In this document: positions 9,382 to 19,991 of the stretch, one piece after another | How positions within the stretch are numbered: position 1 is the first letter of the stretch | Layout of the letters: the number at the start of each line of letters is the position of its first letter | Virus record (IMG/VR): IMGVR_UViG_3300026549_000029 | Location: 128,001-192,000 of that record | Strand: one strand, 5' to 3' | DNA from: a virus | Taxonomy: Duplodnaviria; Caudoviricetes | DNA: 64,000 nt | The notes under the pieces: model-generated | Database searches by the model: none | What the model saw: the letters and a program-made list of their open reading frames with translations, nothing else | Told to the model about the DNA's origin: nothing | Position numbers and translations under genes: made by a program

Positions 9382-11756
9382 GAGATATTATTATAGGTAA
9401 TATCTTAAATGATTTAAGACATGGAAGTCTTAAACTTGTATATGATAATAAACAATATCTTAATGATTATGCAATGATGTTGTATAATAAAACAGGATTA
9501 ACACAAGATGAACTATATGATTTTAGAGATATTATCTTAATTGCTAATATTACTTATAATGATACCGATAAAGAATTATTACCTATTGAAGATGGTTTTT
9601 ATGATTTACTTTTAGAAAAATATAAAAAATATGATCCAAATTTTCAAGTAGGGGCTGAAGTAATTAATTTTACATCATCTGAACCTATTATTACTAATGA
9701 AAACGGTGAAGTAATTAAACCTATGAGAGAGGCTATTACATTTGATCCTATTCCTAGTGAACAAGATAATCATTTTGTTAATAGTATTATCATAGATGAA
9801 AGAAAATATCTTGATGCTAGAGATTTCTTTGTACCTAATCCTTTAGGTGAAGCTTATATTACAAAGAGATTGCATGATACTTCTCATAATCATCCTGAAT
9901 TAGTAGGCACTCTAGATAAATGCAAGTTTGTATTAGATAGAGATGCTAAAACTAGAGGAGTTTATGAAGATTCTAATGTAAAAATTGTTGAAAGAGATTT
10001 TATTATGGATCATATTAATAAAGGAATTATTAATCCTAATATGATCTTTGATATGGTTTTAGAATTAAAATATGATGGTATTTCTGTTGAAGCTGATTGT
10101 ACAGATGAAATAGTATCTGCAAGATCTAGAGGCGATACTGGTATAGGTAAAGCTTCTGATCTTACACCAATATTAAAAGGATATAAGTTCCCTCATAGAA
10201 CTCCTAATAGTCCTATGATTGGAGTTAAATTTGAAGCAATAATCACACAATATGATTTACCTTTCTTTAATGCAGCTAAAGGATATGAATATAAGAATTG
10301 TAGATCTGCTATAGTTGGATTATTTTCTTCTTCTGATGCTTGGAAGTATAGAGATTTTATAACTCTTGTACCTTTAGCAGTTGAAGAAAATGTATATAAA
10401 ACTATATGTCATTCAGATAGAGTAGAAGAAATAGACTTTTTAAATAAAGAATTTATTTCTAAAGGATGCCCTTTAAGATCCGTAATGATAAGAGGAAATT
10501 ATCTAGAAAATCTTGTTTGGATTAATATGTTTACACAGAATGCTGAATCTTCTAGAGCTTGGGTACCATTTATGTACGATGGTATTGTAGTATCTTATAG
10601 AGATGAAGCTATTAGACAGACTTTAGGAAGAGAAAATTTTATTAATAAATATTCTATAGCAGTAAAGTTTAATCCTCTCAGAAAAGAAACTATATTTAGA
10701 GGATATACCTATACTGTGGGTCAAGATGGTTCTATTACTCCAATGATTCATTATGATCCTGTAGAATTTTATGGAACTATCCATCCTAAATCTTCTGGTC
10801 ATTCTTATGCTAGATTTAAAGAATTGAATTTACATATTGGAGACATGTTAGCTATAGAATATGTCAATGATGTTATGCCATATGTATATAAACCTTTTAA
10901 TGATTATAATTTAGATAATGAAAAAGTTATGCCTGCTGAAGTATTTCCTACTAATTGTCCTGTTTGTGGTGGACCTATTGAAATATCTGAATCTGGTAAG
11001 TCTGCTAAATGCGTAAATCCTAATTGTGGTGGTAGACAGTTATCTCGTATGGTAAATATGTTTGCTAAGTTAGGATTAGAAGGTTTTGGAGAAGCTACAG
11101 TACAACAGTTAGGCTATTATCATCTTAAGGATTTATTAGAAGAGATGATAGAACAAGGAGATGGAGCAGCTAAATTTATTCATAAAGGGTTTGGCCCTAT
11201 AGAAGCTATGAATATAGCTAATCAATTAATAGGATTATTGACTAATCCCATTACAGATGCTAAACTTTTGGGAGCTATTGGTTTTACAGGTATATCTACT
11301 AAAACTTGGGAAACTATATTAGCTAAAATTAGTTATTCTAAATTAAAAGAATTATTTACAATGATAGATCCAGGAAAATTCTATTATAAGAAAGGCATAG
11401 AATTTATGTCATCTATCAAAGGTATCGGTCCATCTACTGCAGATACCATAGCAAGAGAGTTCAAATATTTTTATAAAGATATTGATTATATGATTCAGCA
11501 TGGTAATGTTATAGAATATATTCCAGTACAAGGAAAAATTATAAAATTATCTGGTACTAGAGATAAGAATTTAGTTAAGTTCTTAACTGATAATGGATTT
11601 ATTGTAGATTTTAATAGAACTATAACTAAAGATGTAGCTTATGTTGTTGTACCTCATCCTGGTTTTACTAGTTTTAAAACTAAGATGGCTAATGATTATA
11701 ATATTCCTGTAGTACCTATGGAAGATATTATGAATAATATTGAAAGATATAAATAA
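9378..11756 (+). CDS. ligA: NAD-dependent DNA ligase
   Basis: ELKYDG adenylation motif, SRGD, YDGIVV, IAVKF, OB-fold VGQDGSITP, zinc finger CPVCG...CVNPNC, HhH and BRCT-like C-terminus. Confidence 0.92.
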   Translation: MRDIIIGNILNDLRHGSLKLVYDNKQYLNDYAMMLYNKTGLTQDELYDFRDIILIANITYNDTDKELLPIEDGFYDLLLEKYKKYDPNFQVGAEVINFTSSEPIITNENGEVIKPMREAITFDPIPSEQDNHFVNSIIIDERKYLDARDFFVPNPLGEAYITKRLHDTSHNHPELVGTLDKCKFVLDRDAKTRGVYEDSNVKIVERDFIMDHINKGIINPNMIFDMVLELKYDGISVEADCTDEIVSARSRGDTGIGKASDLTPILKGYKFPHRTPNSPMIGVKFEAIITQYDLPFFNAAKGYEYKNCRSAIVGLFSSSDAWKYRDFITLVPLAVEENVYKTICHSDRVEEIDFLNKEFISKGCPLRSVMIRGNYLENLVWINMFTQNAESSRAWVPFMYDGIVVSYRDEAIRQTLGRENFINKYSIAVKFNPLRKETIFRGYTYTVGQDGSITPMIHYDPVEFYGTIHPKSSGHSYARFKELNLHIGDMLAIEYVNDVMPYVYKPFNDYNLDNEKVMPAEVFPTNCPVCGGPIEISESGKSAKCVNPNCGGRQLSRMVNMFAKLGLEGFGEATVQQLGYYHLKDLLEEMIEQGDGAAKFIHKGFGPIEAMNIANQLIGLLTNPITDAKLLGAIGFTGISTKTWETILAKISYSKLKELFTMIDPGKFYYKKGIEFMSSIKGIGPSTADTIAREFKYFYKDIDYMIQHGNVIEYIPVQGKIIKLSGTRDKNLVKFLTDNGFIVDFNRTITKDVAYVVVPHPGFTSFKTKMANDYNIPVVPMEDIMNNIERYK

Positions 11757-11767
11757 AGGAGGTATAT

Positions 11768-12496
11768 ATGCCAGCAGTAGAAGAAACAGTTGAATATTTA
11801 TGTTTAGAAAATAAGTTTTTTGATAAGACTCCTAATGCAAGAATAACTGTCAATTTTGATTATGAAATTGATCAGCTTGCTAAATGCTTAGAGTCAGAAG
11901 GAGTACCTGTTAATAAATATGAAGCAATGCAGCTTCTTGATGTTTATATTAGATCTCTTTGTGGTATTATTAATATGACTCCTCTTACTGATAATATTAA
12001 TGTAATTAAACAGCTTAATGTTATTATTGGTAGTGAAGATTTTCCTGAAGTTACTGGTGATAAGATTGAGAAGATGTCTCAGATGATTACTACTATTAAT
12101 GAGTATTCATTTGTTAAATTTACTAATAATACTCTAAAGAATATTTTATCTCATATTGAGATTGTATTTAAAGAGTGTAATACTTTTATTAGTGAACTTA
12201 AAGCTATTCTGTATAGAATTTATACAAGTTATGGCTCTGATGCTGGTATTGATAATATTTTAGGTATTGTAGAAATTGATACTAGATTCATCAGTTTTAG
12301 ATTTACTTCTAATTATCCTGAGAATGTTATTTATACAGATAACTATGCTTTTAATATTGTATCTAATATGATTTCTTATCCTAGATTTTTCCAGGAGAGA
12401 GTATCTGTTATTGGAGATACATTTAGTCCTGATGATAAAAAGTTTAAAGAGTTTAGAGAGAAATTAGAAAAAACAACAGAATTTAAGAAAGAGTAA
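11768..12496 (+). CDS. Hypothetical protein
   Basis: Strong AAAGGAGG RBS; codon usage like highly expressed genes. Confidence 0.8.
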   Translation: MPAVEETVEYLCLENKFFDKTPNARITVNFDYEIDQLAKCLESEGVPVNKYEAMQLLDVYIRSLCGIINMTPLTDNINVIKQLNVIIGSEDFPEVTGDKIEKMSQMITTINEYSFVKFTNNTLKNILSHIEIVFKECNTFISELKAILYRIYTSYGSDAGIDNILGIVEIDTRFISFRFTSNYPENVIYTDNYAFNIVSNMISYPRFFQERVSVIGDTFSPDDKKFKEFREKLEKTTEFKKE

Positions 12497-12606
12497 AAAT
12501 AAAAGTTTATAAAATTAAAAACAATAAAGTATTATAAAAATGATACCTATATAAAAGGGTTATCTTTTTATGTATAACTTTTTAATTCGAAAGGAGAAAA
12601 CACAAC

Positions 12607-13215
12607 ATGGAAACAAAATTTAAAGAAACTAATATTCCTGCAGATTTTAGCAGAGCATTGGCTAAGCAGTCTATGCTTCTTGGACCACAGCATGCTTATA
12701 GAATTGCAACTGTTCTGTTTACTGGTGTTTCTCAGTATCTTGCAACAGTTAAAAATCGTCAGATTCCAAAGGGAATTATTATTAAGTCTATCAGTAATGA
12801 ATTTCTTGCAGGAGCAAAAGTTGAATATTTTGCAAATGAAGCAGATCCTACAAATCCTTCTGCAGGTAGATGGGATTATACCTGGACTTGTTATGAAGAT
12901 GATATGAAGGGAGTAGATACTGTAGACTTCTCTGGAAATTCTGCAATTTTGATCTATTTCACAGGAGCAGCACAGCAGCTTTATAATATGAAATTTATGG
13001 GCATTGATGTGTGTGTAGCTTCTATTGTTACTATTCTTGAAATGATTATCAACTGGGTTAAGGATAATACTTCTCAGACAGATCCTGCAGTTCTTGTTCT
13101 TGAGAATTGCTTTAAGGCTATTGGTAAAGTTGAAAATGGTAAGCTTGAAATCGGTATCATTCCTGATGGAGCTATGAAAGTTCTTATTAAGGATGATGCT
13201 GCTATTCAGGAATAA
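12607..13215 (+). CDS. Hypothetical protein, probably highly expressed
   Basis: AAAGGAG RBS, AACA-N6-TA motif at 12520-12531, downstream terminator. Confidence 0.8.
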   Translation: METKFKETNIPADFSRALAKQSMLLGPQHAYRIATVLFTGVSQYLATVKNRQIPKGIIIKSISNEFLAGAKVEYFANEADPTNPSAGRWDYTWTCYEDDMKGVDTVDFSGNSAILIYFTGAAQQLYNMKFMGIDVCVASIVTILEMIINWVKDNTSQTDPAVLVLENCFKAIGKVENGKLEIGIIPDGAMKVLIKDDAAIQE

Positions 13216-13238
13216 TATATCAAAATATGATATATTAC

Positions 13239-13272
13239 ATATAAGGGGTGGATACCAATCCATCCCTTATAT
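13239..13272 (+). terminator. Intrinsic terminator
   Basis: ATATAAGGGGTGGAT-ACCA-ATCCATCCCTTATAT plus T tract. Confidence 0.8.
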
Positions 13273-13307
13273 TTTTCTTTATATTGATAAAGGAAAGGAC
13301 TTAAGAT

Positions 13308-13976
13308 ATGCAATATCGAAATGCTCCTATTGATGGTAAAGTAATGGATGTCATTACTGAAGATGAATATAGAAGTAAGTATAATTTATATTCAGATAAT
13401 CCATCTATTTGTTCGATGACTGCCATAGAAGTTCAGAATTCAAATCAATCATATTTATTACCTTTTAGGGGTAAATCTGATGATAGACCTGGTATTTATG
13501 TAGATGGTCATATTTATTTTGTAAAATATCCATCATCAGAAGAAGAAGAGTTATCTTATAATAAGAGAAATGTCGAAGTAGTAGATTTCTCTAATGTAAA
13601 TAATATAAATGATTTTCTGAATAAGAATGATCAAGTCAGAGAAATGGAGAATCTTTCATTATCTGATTCTGATGAGATATTTACACCTTCATTTAGTGGA
13701 AAAGAAAGTGAAGCAATGAAAGCTTTTAAACAAGCTATTGCTGCTAAGCATATGGATATTGATAGATATTCTACTAGATTTGGTGAAAATTATCTCAATG
13801 ATAAAAGAATTCTAAAAGGTGATGATATCACTATGAATAAGTTAGTTTCTATATGTAATAAATTTGATATAGAAGCTAAATTAGTATTAAGTGATAAACA
13901 TCCTGATGTAGCTAATCCCATGGGTACTGTTATAGAAACTATATTAACAGATAAGCATATAGCTGAGGAGGATTGA
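13308..13976 (+). CDS. Hypothetical protein, possible C-terminal helix-turn-helix
   Basis: ORF coupled to the RNAP beta-N gene; ITMNKLVSICNKFDI resembles an Xre-type HTH end. Confidence 0.7.
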   Translation: MQYRNAPIDGKVMDVITEDEYRSKYNLYSDNPSICSMTAIEVQNSNQSYLLPFRGKSDDRPGIYVDGHIYFVKYPSSEEEELSYNKRNVEVVDFSNVNNINDFLNKNDQVREMENLSLSDSDEIFTPSFSGKESEAMKAFKQAIAAKHMDIDRYSTRFGENYLNDKRILKGDDITMNKLVSICNKFDIEAKLVLSDKHPDVANPMGTVIETILTDKHIAEED

Positions 13977-13977
13977 A

Positions 13978-15927
13978 GTGGATCAAAACTTCTCTTTTAA
14001 TTATCAACAAATTCCTATGCCAGAAAATAGAGATCCTTATTCTGGTAATATTGGAAGTATGATGGTATCTCCTAGTGATAAACCATCTATTGATAAATTT
14101 ATGTATAAATTTAATAAAGAAAATAGAGCTCCATTTAATGATTATTGGTTTCAAAGAAATGATGAAGATCTTATTGAAGGAATGAAACAAGTAATCTTAT
14201 CCTGTCAAAGAGATAAATACTTTGTATTGAAAGTATTGAACTTTGAAACTATTAAAGATTATAATGAAATTAATAGAGCTCTCTATGAATACTATTCTGC
14301 TAAAACTAAGAATGGTAAAAAGATTGATAATAATTATGAGTATATTAATCTTAGAGATTCAGATATAATGTTACTTAAAGTAATTTATTATGTCAAATTA
14401 AATGTACCAGAGAATAAGATCAGAATTGATTCTAAAACTGGAGAATTAGAAAAGAGTGAAGGGATTGTAAATGTATTAATAGCATTACCAAGATATGTAG
14501 ATAAGTATTATTTTAGAATTCTTGGTAATTATTATAATCCTATATTCCAGATTGTAGATGGAAGCACTTATAATAATTCTACATCTAATAGTAAGACTCA
14601 ATCTATTACTTTAAAGACACAGTTTATGCCTATTAAAGTATACAAAGAGTATTATGATTTAGTAGACATTTGTGATAAAGAATCTCATAGATGTGTATTA
14701 TTTGCAAGCTATGTGTTTACTAAGAAAACAGATACAATGAAATTTATTTTAGGACGTTATGGCTTATATGGAACCCTTGAAATGCTGGAATTAGAAGGTA
14801 TTTATGTATTTCCGTATGAGAACCATCAGGTATTAGATCCTAAAACTTATTATAATTTTGCGGATAAACATAATAAGATAATTGTATCTGTAGTAAAGAG
14901 ATTATTTGATAAAGATAATGTAACACAATCTTTTTGTTATACAATTTTAAAGAGTGTTAAAAAGCTTAATAAATTTAATGATATATTTGATCCAAGATAT
15001 TGGAATAAAATATTAGGAGCAGATTTTCAATCTGCCACTTTAGATAAAGGGATTCCTGTACTTGATTCTTTGGAAAGCATTTATGATTTGAAAACTAAAC
15101 ATTCTATAAGATTGCCATTAGAAGATAAAGCTGATACTTATTGCATTCTTAGATGGATGATGAGAGAGTTCTCTTATTTAAAACAAAGAGATAATATTGA
15201 TATATCTACTAAACATCCAAGAAAAGCAGATGAATATCTTCCTGCTATCTATGCTAAGAAAATTTCTACTGGTATTTATAGAATTTCTGACAAAGGAAAA
15301 AATATTACCTTTAAAGATGTGACAAGAGTAATTGATACAGCACCAGATTATATACTTAAGTCTATTAACTCTGCTAACTTAGTAGATTATGTAGATCTTG
15401 TAAATGATAATGATGCTGAATTGGCTTTAGCTTATACTTATAAAGGAATTTCTGGTCTTGGAGATCAGGGAAATGGTACAGCAGTACCTATTATCTATAG
15501 AAGTGTACATCCTTCTCATTTAGGTAGAGTAGATTTAGACTCTTCTTCTAATTCAGATCCTGGTTTATCTGGAATGATTTGTCCTATGGCAAAAGTATAT
15601 GATGGTTCTTTTTCTGATTATAAAGAACCTAATGAATGGAGGAACTTTTATAAAGAGACATTACAAGAATTAAATAGTCTTTATGGTATAAAGCAAGCTA
15701 TAGAATTAAAGAAAACTCTTGGATTATCATATGATTATGTAAAAGAAGATATGGTAAGAGAGACTATAGAAACATATCATAGATTAATTCCTCTTGTTAT
15801 TGATATTGAAGGTAAGAAAGATTATACTTTAGGTGCTGTTATGGATATAGAGGAACAAGTACTTGTAGAATCTGATTCTGAAGATGGTGTAGGAGAAATT
15901 ACTACAACTATGGAAAGAATAACCTGA
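13978..15927 (+). CDS. Multisubunit RNA polymerase beta subunit, N-terminal half (non-virion RNAP type)
   Basis: LPRYVDKYYFRILGNYYNPIFQIVD, TLKTQFMPI, LRWMM and RSVHPSHLGRVDLDSSSNSDPGLSG (RpoB RDVHPSHYGR..TPEG..GL); GTG start after GAGGAGG. Confidence 0.88.
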   Translation: MDQNFSFNYQQIPMPENRDPYSGNIGSMMVSPSDKPSIDKFMYKFNKENRAPFNDYWFQRNDEDLIEGMKQVILSCQRDKYFVLKVLNFETIKDYNEINRALYEYYSAKTKNGKKIDNNYEYINLRDSDIMLLKVIYYVKLNVPENKIRIDSKTGELEKSEGIVNVLIALPRYVDKYYFRILGNYYNPIFQIVDGSTYNNSTSNSKTQSITLKTQFMPIKVYKEYYDLVDICDKESHRCVLFASYVFTKKTDTMKFILGRYGLYGTLEMLELEGIYVFPYENHQVLDPKTYYNFADKHNKIIVSVVKRLFDKDNVTQSFCYTILKSVKKLNKFNDIFDPRYWNKILGADFQSATLDKGIPVLDSLESIYDLKTKHSIRLPLEDKADTYCILRWMMREFSYLKQRDNIDISTKHPRKADEYLPAIYAKKISTGIYRISDKGKNITFKDVTRVIDTAPDYILKSINSANLVDYVDLVNDNDAELALAYTYKGISGLGDQGNGTAVPIIYRSVHPSHLGRVDLDSSSNSDPGLSGMICPMAKVYDGSFSDYKEPNEWRNFYKETLQELNSLYGIKQAIELKKTLGLSYDYVKEDMVRETIETYHRLIPLVIDIEGKKDYTLGAVMDIEEQVLVESDSEDGVGEITTTMERIT

Positions 15928-15958
15928 CTTATTAATAATATCAAAGGAGATTATTAAT

Positions 15959-16210
15959 ATGCTCATTAATAGTTTAAGAAATAAAGATATCTATGTGTAC
16001 TTTTTATATTCAGACCAGCAATTTAAAGAAAGAACAGCTGTAGAAAAGAAGATGTCTAGAATCTTTGTTCCTGGTACTGTAATTATAAATGGAAGAAAGA
16101 GAAATTTTACAGAAATGTCAAAGAAATCTTCTAATAGATATCCTGATTGTAAAGTTATAGCAGAAGGATATAAATCCAAGATGACATATACTCCTGTTTC
16201 TAACAGATAA
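15959..16210 (+). CDS. Small basic hypothetical protein
   Basis: AAAGGAG RBS; GACT-N6-TA motif upstream. Confidence 0.7.
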   Translation: MLINSLRNKDIYVYFLYSDQQFKERTAVEKKMSRIFVPGTVIINGRKRNFTEMSKKSSNRYPDCKVIAEGYKSKMTYTPVSNR

Positions 16211-16224
16211 GGAGATGATATATT

Positions 16225-16968
16225 ATGGCTCATATTTTTGAAATTATGTCTATAGTGACAAGTCAAATTAATATTTTAACTGATTACTATGGATCTTCTG
16301 GAAGAAATTCTATAAGAAAACTCCCTACTATTCCTGAACATATTTATGCTGCAATAGATAGATATCTCATAAGACATAATGATATAATCTATGATAAAAA
16401 TCTTCCTATTAGTACTAAAGTTTGTACTTCAACTAATTGTGAAGATGTATTTACCAATATCTATGTTTGTGTAATCAATAATATTACAAAACCTATTATT
16501 GATAAGATGACTATTTATGTAGATCATAAAGATCAAAGAGGACCTGGTATTGGTATTTTTGTAGGAATACCAAAGGTAGCATTTAATCAGGATTATAATG
16601 CTCCAGATTCTTCTCAATTATTAAGAGATATTTATATGAGTATTCTTGAATTAGATGAAGATATGCAATATAAACCAGGTATTGATATAATTAGAGTAGC
16701 TAATGATAAGCGTATTGAAATTCACAGTTATGACATTCAGATGAATTATGTTGCATTATGCTTTATGAATGTTATAATGAGAAATTGGTTTGGGAATAAT
16801 ACAAAAGATATAGAGGAATATACTTTATGCTCTTTTGGCAATAATGAATTACCAGAAGAAAAAAGAAAGAAAGTTATTGATATCATAAATAAATTTGGAA
16901 CAAGTATATCTACAGTAAGAGATTCCATAGAAAAAGGAACTCTTATGAAAGCTATTTCTGAAGAATAA
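16225..16968 (+). CDS. Hypothetical protein
   Basis: AAGGAG RBS. Confidence 0.75.
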   Translation: MAHIFEIMSIVTSQINILTDYYGSSGRNSIRKLPTIPEHIYAAIDRYLIRHNDIIYDKNLPISTKVCTSTNCEDVFTNIYVCVINNITKPIIDKMTIYVDHKDQRGPGIGIFVGIPKVAFNQDYNAPDSSQLLRDIYMSILELDEDMQYKPGIDIIRVANDKRIEIHSYDIQMNYVALCFMNVIMRNWFGNNTKDIEEYTLCSFGNNELPEEKRKKVIDIINKFGTSISTVRDSIEKGTLMKAISEE

Positions 16969-16976
16969 GAAAATAT

Positions 16977-17015
16977 TATATTGGTAGAGTAGGATTTAAC
17001 TACTCTACCAATATA
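16977..17015. terminator. Hairpin terminator
   Basis: TATATTGGTAGAGTAG-loop-CTACTCTACCAATATA, 16-bp stem. Confidence 0.75.
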
Positions 17016-17043
17016 TTTATAATATTATTTTTCGGAGAATTAT

Positions 17044-17340
17044 ATGGAAAATATAGCATCTACTGGCATAGATAAATTAAAAAATGAAAAACCAATAGAA
17101 GCTCTTTATTTTTTAGATAATACATGTCCAAAATGTGGTGATAAACTAGAATTAATAACAAGAAAATTGGATAATATTAATATAGCTATAAGATATGAAT
17201 GTAAAAAATGTGGTTATATTTGTCCAATAAAATATGATATGAAAGACTCTATATGTGATAAAGATAAATTTAATATGCCAAAATATAGTCCATTATATGA
17301 TAGAAGTATTTATGAATTTATAAAATATTTTGGAGAATAA
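17044..17340 (+). CDS. Zinc-ribbon protein
   Basis: CPKCG...YECKKCG. Confidence 0.7.
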   Translation: MENIASTGIDKLKNEKPIEALYFLDNTCPKCGDKLELITRKLDNINIAIRYECKKCGYICPIKYDMKDSICDKDKFNMPKYSPLYDRSIYEFIKYFGE

Positions 17341-18091
17341 AATGGAAGAATATATTAGTATAACTGAATTATTAAATAGAATAAAAAAGCAAAGAAAGAT
17401 TGTTTTAGAATTGGACCATAAATATTTAGATCCAGATGAATTTAAAAAATCAAAATCTTTGTTTTCACTATATAATCCTTCTAGAGATGTAACAGTTAAT
17501 GGTATAAATATAGATAAATCTAAATTTGATATAATAAAACAATTTGAATCTATTACAAGTAATATAAATATTCTTAGACATTTACTTATTATTAAAGAAC
17601 AAGTTAATTCTACTTTTAAACTTGTTGTACCTGATATTTTATTAGGAGATACTAAAAATACTGCTTTATCACTTGCTCAAATATTAGTATTGAAATCTCC
17701 ATTGGTAAAAGAATATTATTTAAAATTTGCTGAAAGACTAAAAAGTGACATTAATAATTTACAAGAAACATTAGATGTTTATAATTCTAATACATTATCA
17801 GATGAAAAAATTAATGCTTATGTATTAGCTAAATTGAATTCTTTAAAAATAAATTTAGATTATAAATCTATTGCTAATTTATGTAGTTTACCAGAATATA
17901 ATTCCTTTGCAAAAGAATATATAGATGCTAATAAATTAGAAATAATAGATCCATTAAATTTACAAACTGAAAGTGCTAAATATATAAATAATATTTATAA
18001 TTTTTATGATATTATAGATCTTAAATTATTAGAATTTAATTCTAGTACTAAAATTTGGATAAATATTGATAATGGTACATGGAGAAGTTGA
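17330..18091 (+). CDS. Helical/coiled-coil protein (resembles DIP1984/septicolysin-like uncharacterised family); likely start at 17342
   Basis: SITELL..IK, QFESIT..I.......KEQVNST, LSLAQIL, NKLEIIDPLNL and IDLKLLEFNSSTKI pattern; family assignment from recollection. Confidence 0.55.
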   Translation: MENKMEEYISITELLNRIKKQRKIVLELDHKYLDPDEFKKSKSLFSLYNPSRDVTVNGINIDKSKFDIIKQFESITSNINILRHLLIIKEQVNSTFKLVVPDILLGDTKNTALSLAQILVLKSPLVKEYYLKFAERLKSDINNLQETLDVYNSNTLSDEKINAYVLAKLNSLKINLDYKSIANLCSLPEYNSFAKEYIDANKLEIIDPLNLQTESAKYINNIYNFYDIIDLKLLEFNSSTKIWINIDNGTWRS

Positions 18092-18320
18092 TATTAGATC
18101 TTAAGAAGACTAGATCAATAAAAATGCTAAAGGTAATATTAGGTTCTTTTATAAAAAATAAAGGGCTGCGAGTATATTACCAATATCTTAATACCAGGAA
18201 CATAGGTTTGTAAATATATATTGATCTTCTTTTCCACATAATTTATAAAAATAGACTAACTTGTATTATGATGGTTATAGCATTCCATAATATTGATCTA
18301 AGAACTTAAGATTTTAATAT
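18091..18320 (+). ncRNA. Candidate ~230-nt structured non-coding RNA
   Basis: Nested complementarity: 18111-18120/18291-18300 (10 bp), 18098-18105/18305-18312, 18091-18096/18315-18320, 18123-18129/18278-18284, 18132-18139/18174-18181, 18189-18194/18263-18268; no ORF; terminator immediately after. Confidence 0.62.
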
Positions 18321-18324
18321 ATTT

Positions 18325-18349
18325 GAGTAGGGGAGAAATCCCCTACTCT
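18325..18349 (+). terminator. Intrinsic terminator
   Basis: GAGTAGGGGA-GAAA-TCCCCTACTC followed by TATTTT. Confidence 0.85.
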
Positions 18350-18432
18350 ATTTTATATTTAAAATATATTTTTAATAAGATATTATAATAATGAAACTAT
18401 AAATAATTTTATAATATAAAGGAGAAATAAAA

Positions 18433-19173
18433 ATGATTAAAGTTAATATTGATTCTAAAATTTTATGGGAAAATTATAATGAATATACAAAAATGCTTTC
18501 AACATTTGATAGTGATTATAAAGGCTATAAAAGAGAAGATGCATTTATAGATTATTTACTTAAAGATATATCCTATAATAATTTTCAAATATTATGTACA
18601 GAATTTTTTAGAAGAAGTATTCGATACATAGATGCTGAAGAACGTAATTTTATTTATAGAATAACGAGAATATTAAATATTCATGCAGAAATGATATTAA
18701 ATACAACATTTTCTAGATTAATAAGTATTATTTGGACAAATAAAAGAAACAGTAGTGGAATTAAAGATAATAAAAATTTTGATATTTATACATTATTTAC
18801 AAAAACAACTCCAATTGATACCAATATTGAAGCTGCTACAATATCAGCATTTACCATGATTTTGGAATTTAAAAATAAAGTTATAATTCCAAATAATATT
18901 GATAATATAGATTTAAATACAATATTTAATATTATAACTTTTAACAGTATGTATATGGCTAATAATATAGATGTGATATATAATGAAAAAGGACAATTTA
19001 GTTTTATTAAAAATCTTAAAGAAAAATTTACTGAGAAAGATGAATTAGAATTACAAAAATTTTTAGAAAAAGAAAGAAAGACCCATATTGAAGTATGGAA
19101 TAAATTTGTAAAGACAATTATAGATAGAGAATATGATAAAGGTTATGCAATTTTAAAAGATAATATTTTTTAA
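18433..19173 (+). CDS. Hypothetical early protein, tandem paralog A
   Basis: Early promoter at 18378; C-terminal ERKTHIEVWNKFV matches the next gene. Confidence 0.75.
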   Translation: MIKVNIDSKILWENYNEYTKMLSTFDSDYKGYKREDAFIDYLLKDISYNNFQILCTEFFRRSIRYIDAEERNFIYRITRILNIHAEMILNTTFSRLISIIWTNKRNSSGIKDNKNFDIYTLFTKTTPIDTNIEAATISAFTMILEFKNKVIIPNNIDNIDLNTIFNIITFNSMYMANNIDVIYNEKGQFSFIKNLKEKFTEKDELELQKFLEKERKTHIEVWNKFVKTIIDREYDKGYAILKDNIF

Positions 19174-19205
19174 ATTATTATAATGATAAAATTATTAAAA
19201 TAATT

Positions 19206-19991
19206 ATGTATAAAGGAGAAATAAAAATGTTAAGGTTTGACGATAATAAAAAATCAAATGAAAAAAAGATTTTATTTGATATAGTAAATAAAATTAATAA
19301 AGAAGCTAAAAAAGAACAAGTATCAGTACCATATTATCTTAATAAATTATTATATAAAAAAGATATGAATACTTTTTCTGATGTATGTAGCTATTTGTAT
19401 GCATTAGATATGATTAATCTTAATTTATTTACAGATGATAATATGATTGATTCTTTTGGAGATACTAGAGTATTATGTGAGGAAAATGCTGAAAAATATT
19501 TAGATGAAACAGTAATTGCTATATATAAAGATATTTTATATAAACAAAAAAGTGATGATCATTCTTTTGATAATAGAGTTGATTATATTTATCATTTATT
19601 TACAAATATAGTTCCTATGAGTACATATGTTACATCAAGTATTATTGCTACAACTTATATCATGAGATATTATAGTATGGAAAGTATTATTTGTACTACA
19701 GCTACTGCTACTAGTAATTTAAATAGATTAAGAAATATTATTAAATTATATAATGGTAAAGTATACCCTTGGGTATATTATGAAGATTATGAAAGTGAAT
19801 TTAAAACTGCAGATGATAGATTTTTAACTATTGAAGAAAGAAATAATTTAAATAAAATTATTGATAGAGAAATAAATACACATATTATGTATTGGAAAAA
19901 ATTTATTAATGGTTTAGTAGAAAGAAATTATGGATTCTGTATTAGTTTAATACAGAATAATATGAATGGTAAGTATGATAGAATATATTGA
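19206..19991 (+). CDS. Hypothetical protein, tandem paralog B; likely start at 19227
   Basis: LFTNIVPM and EINTHIMYWKKFI match LFTKTTPI and ERKTHIEVWNKFV of 18433..19173. Confidence 0.75.
   Translation: MYKGEIKMLRFDDNKKSNEKKILFDIVNKINKEAKKEQVSVPYYLNKLLYKKDMNTFSDVCSYLYALDMINLNLFTDDNMIDSFGDTRVLCEENAEKYLDETVIAIYKDILYKQKSDDHSFDNRVDYIYHLFTNIVPMSTYVTSSIIATTYIMRYYSMESIICTTATATSNLNRLRNIIKLYNGKVYPWVYYEDYESEFKTADDRFLTIEERNNLNKIIDREINTHIMYWKKFINGLVERNYGFCISLIQNNMNGKYDRIY

Noticed and set aside
12568-13263. 231-aa minus-strand ORF
   Set aside because: Antisense to 12607..13215, which has the RBS, promoter motif and terminator.
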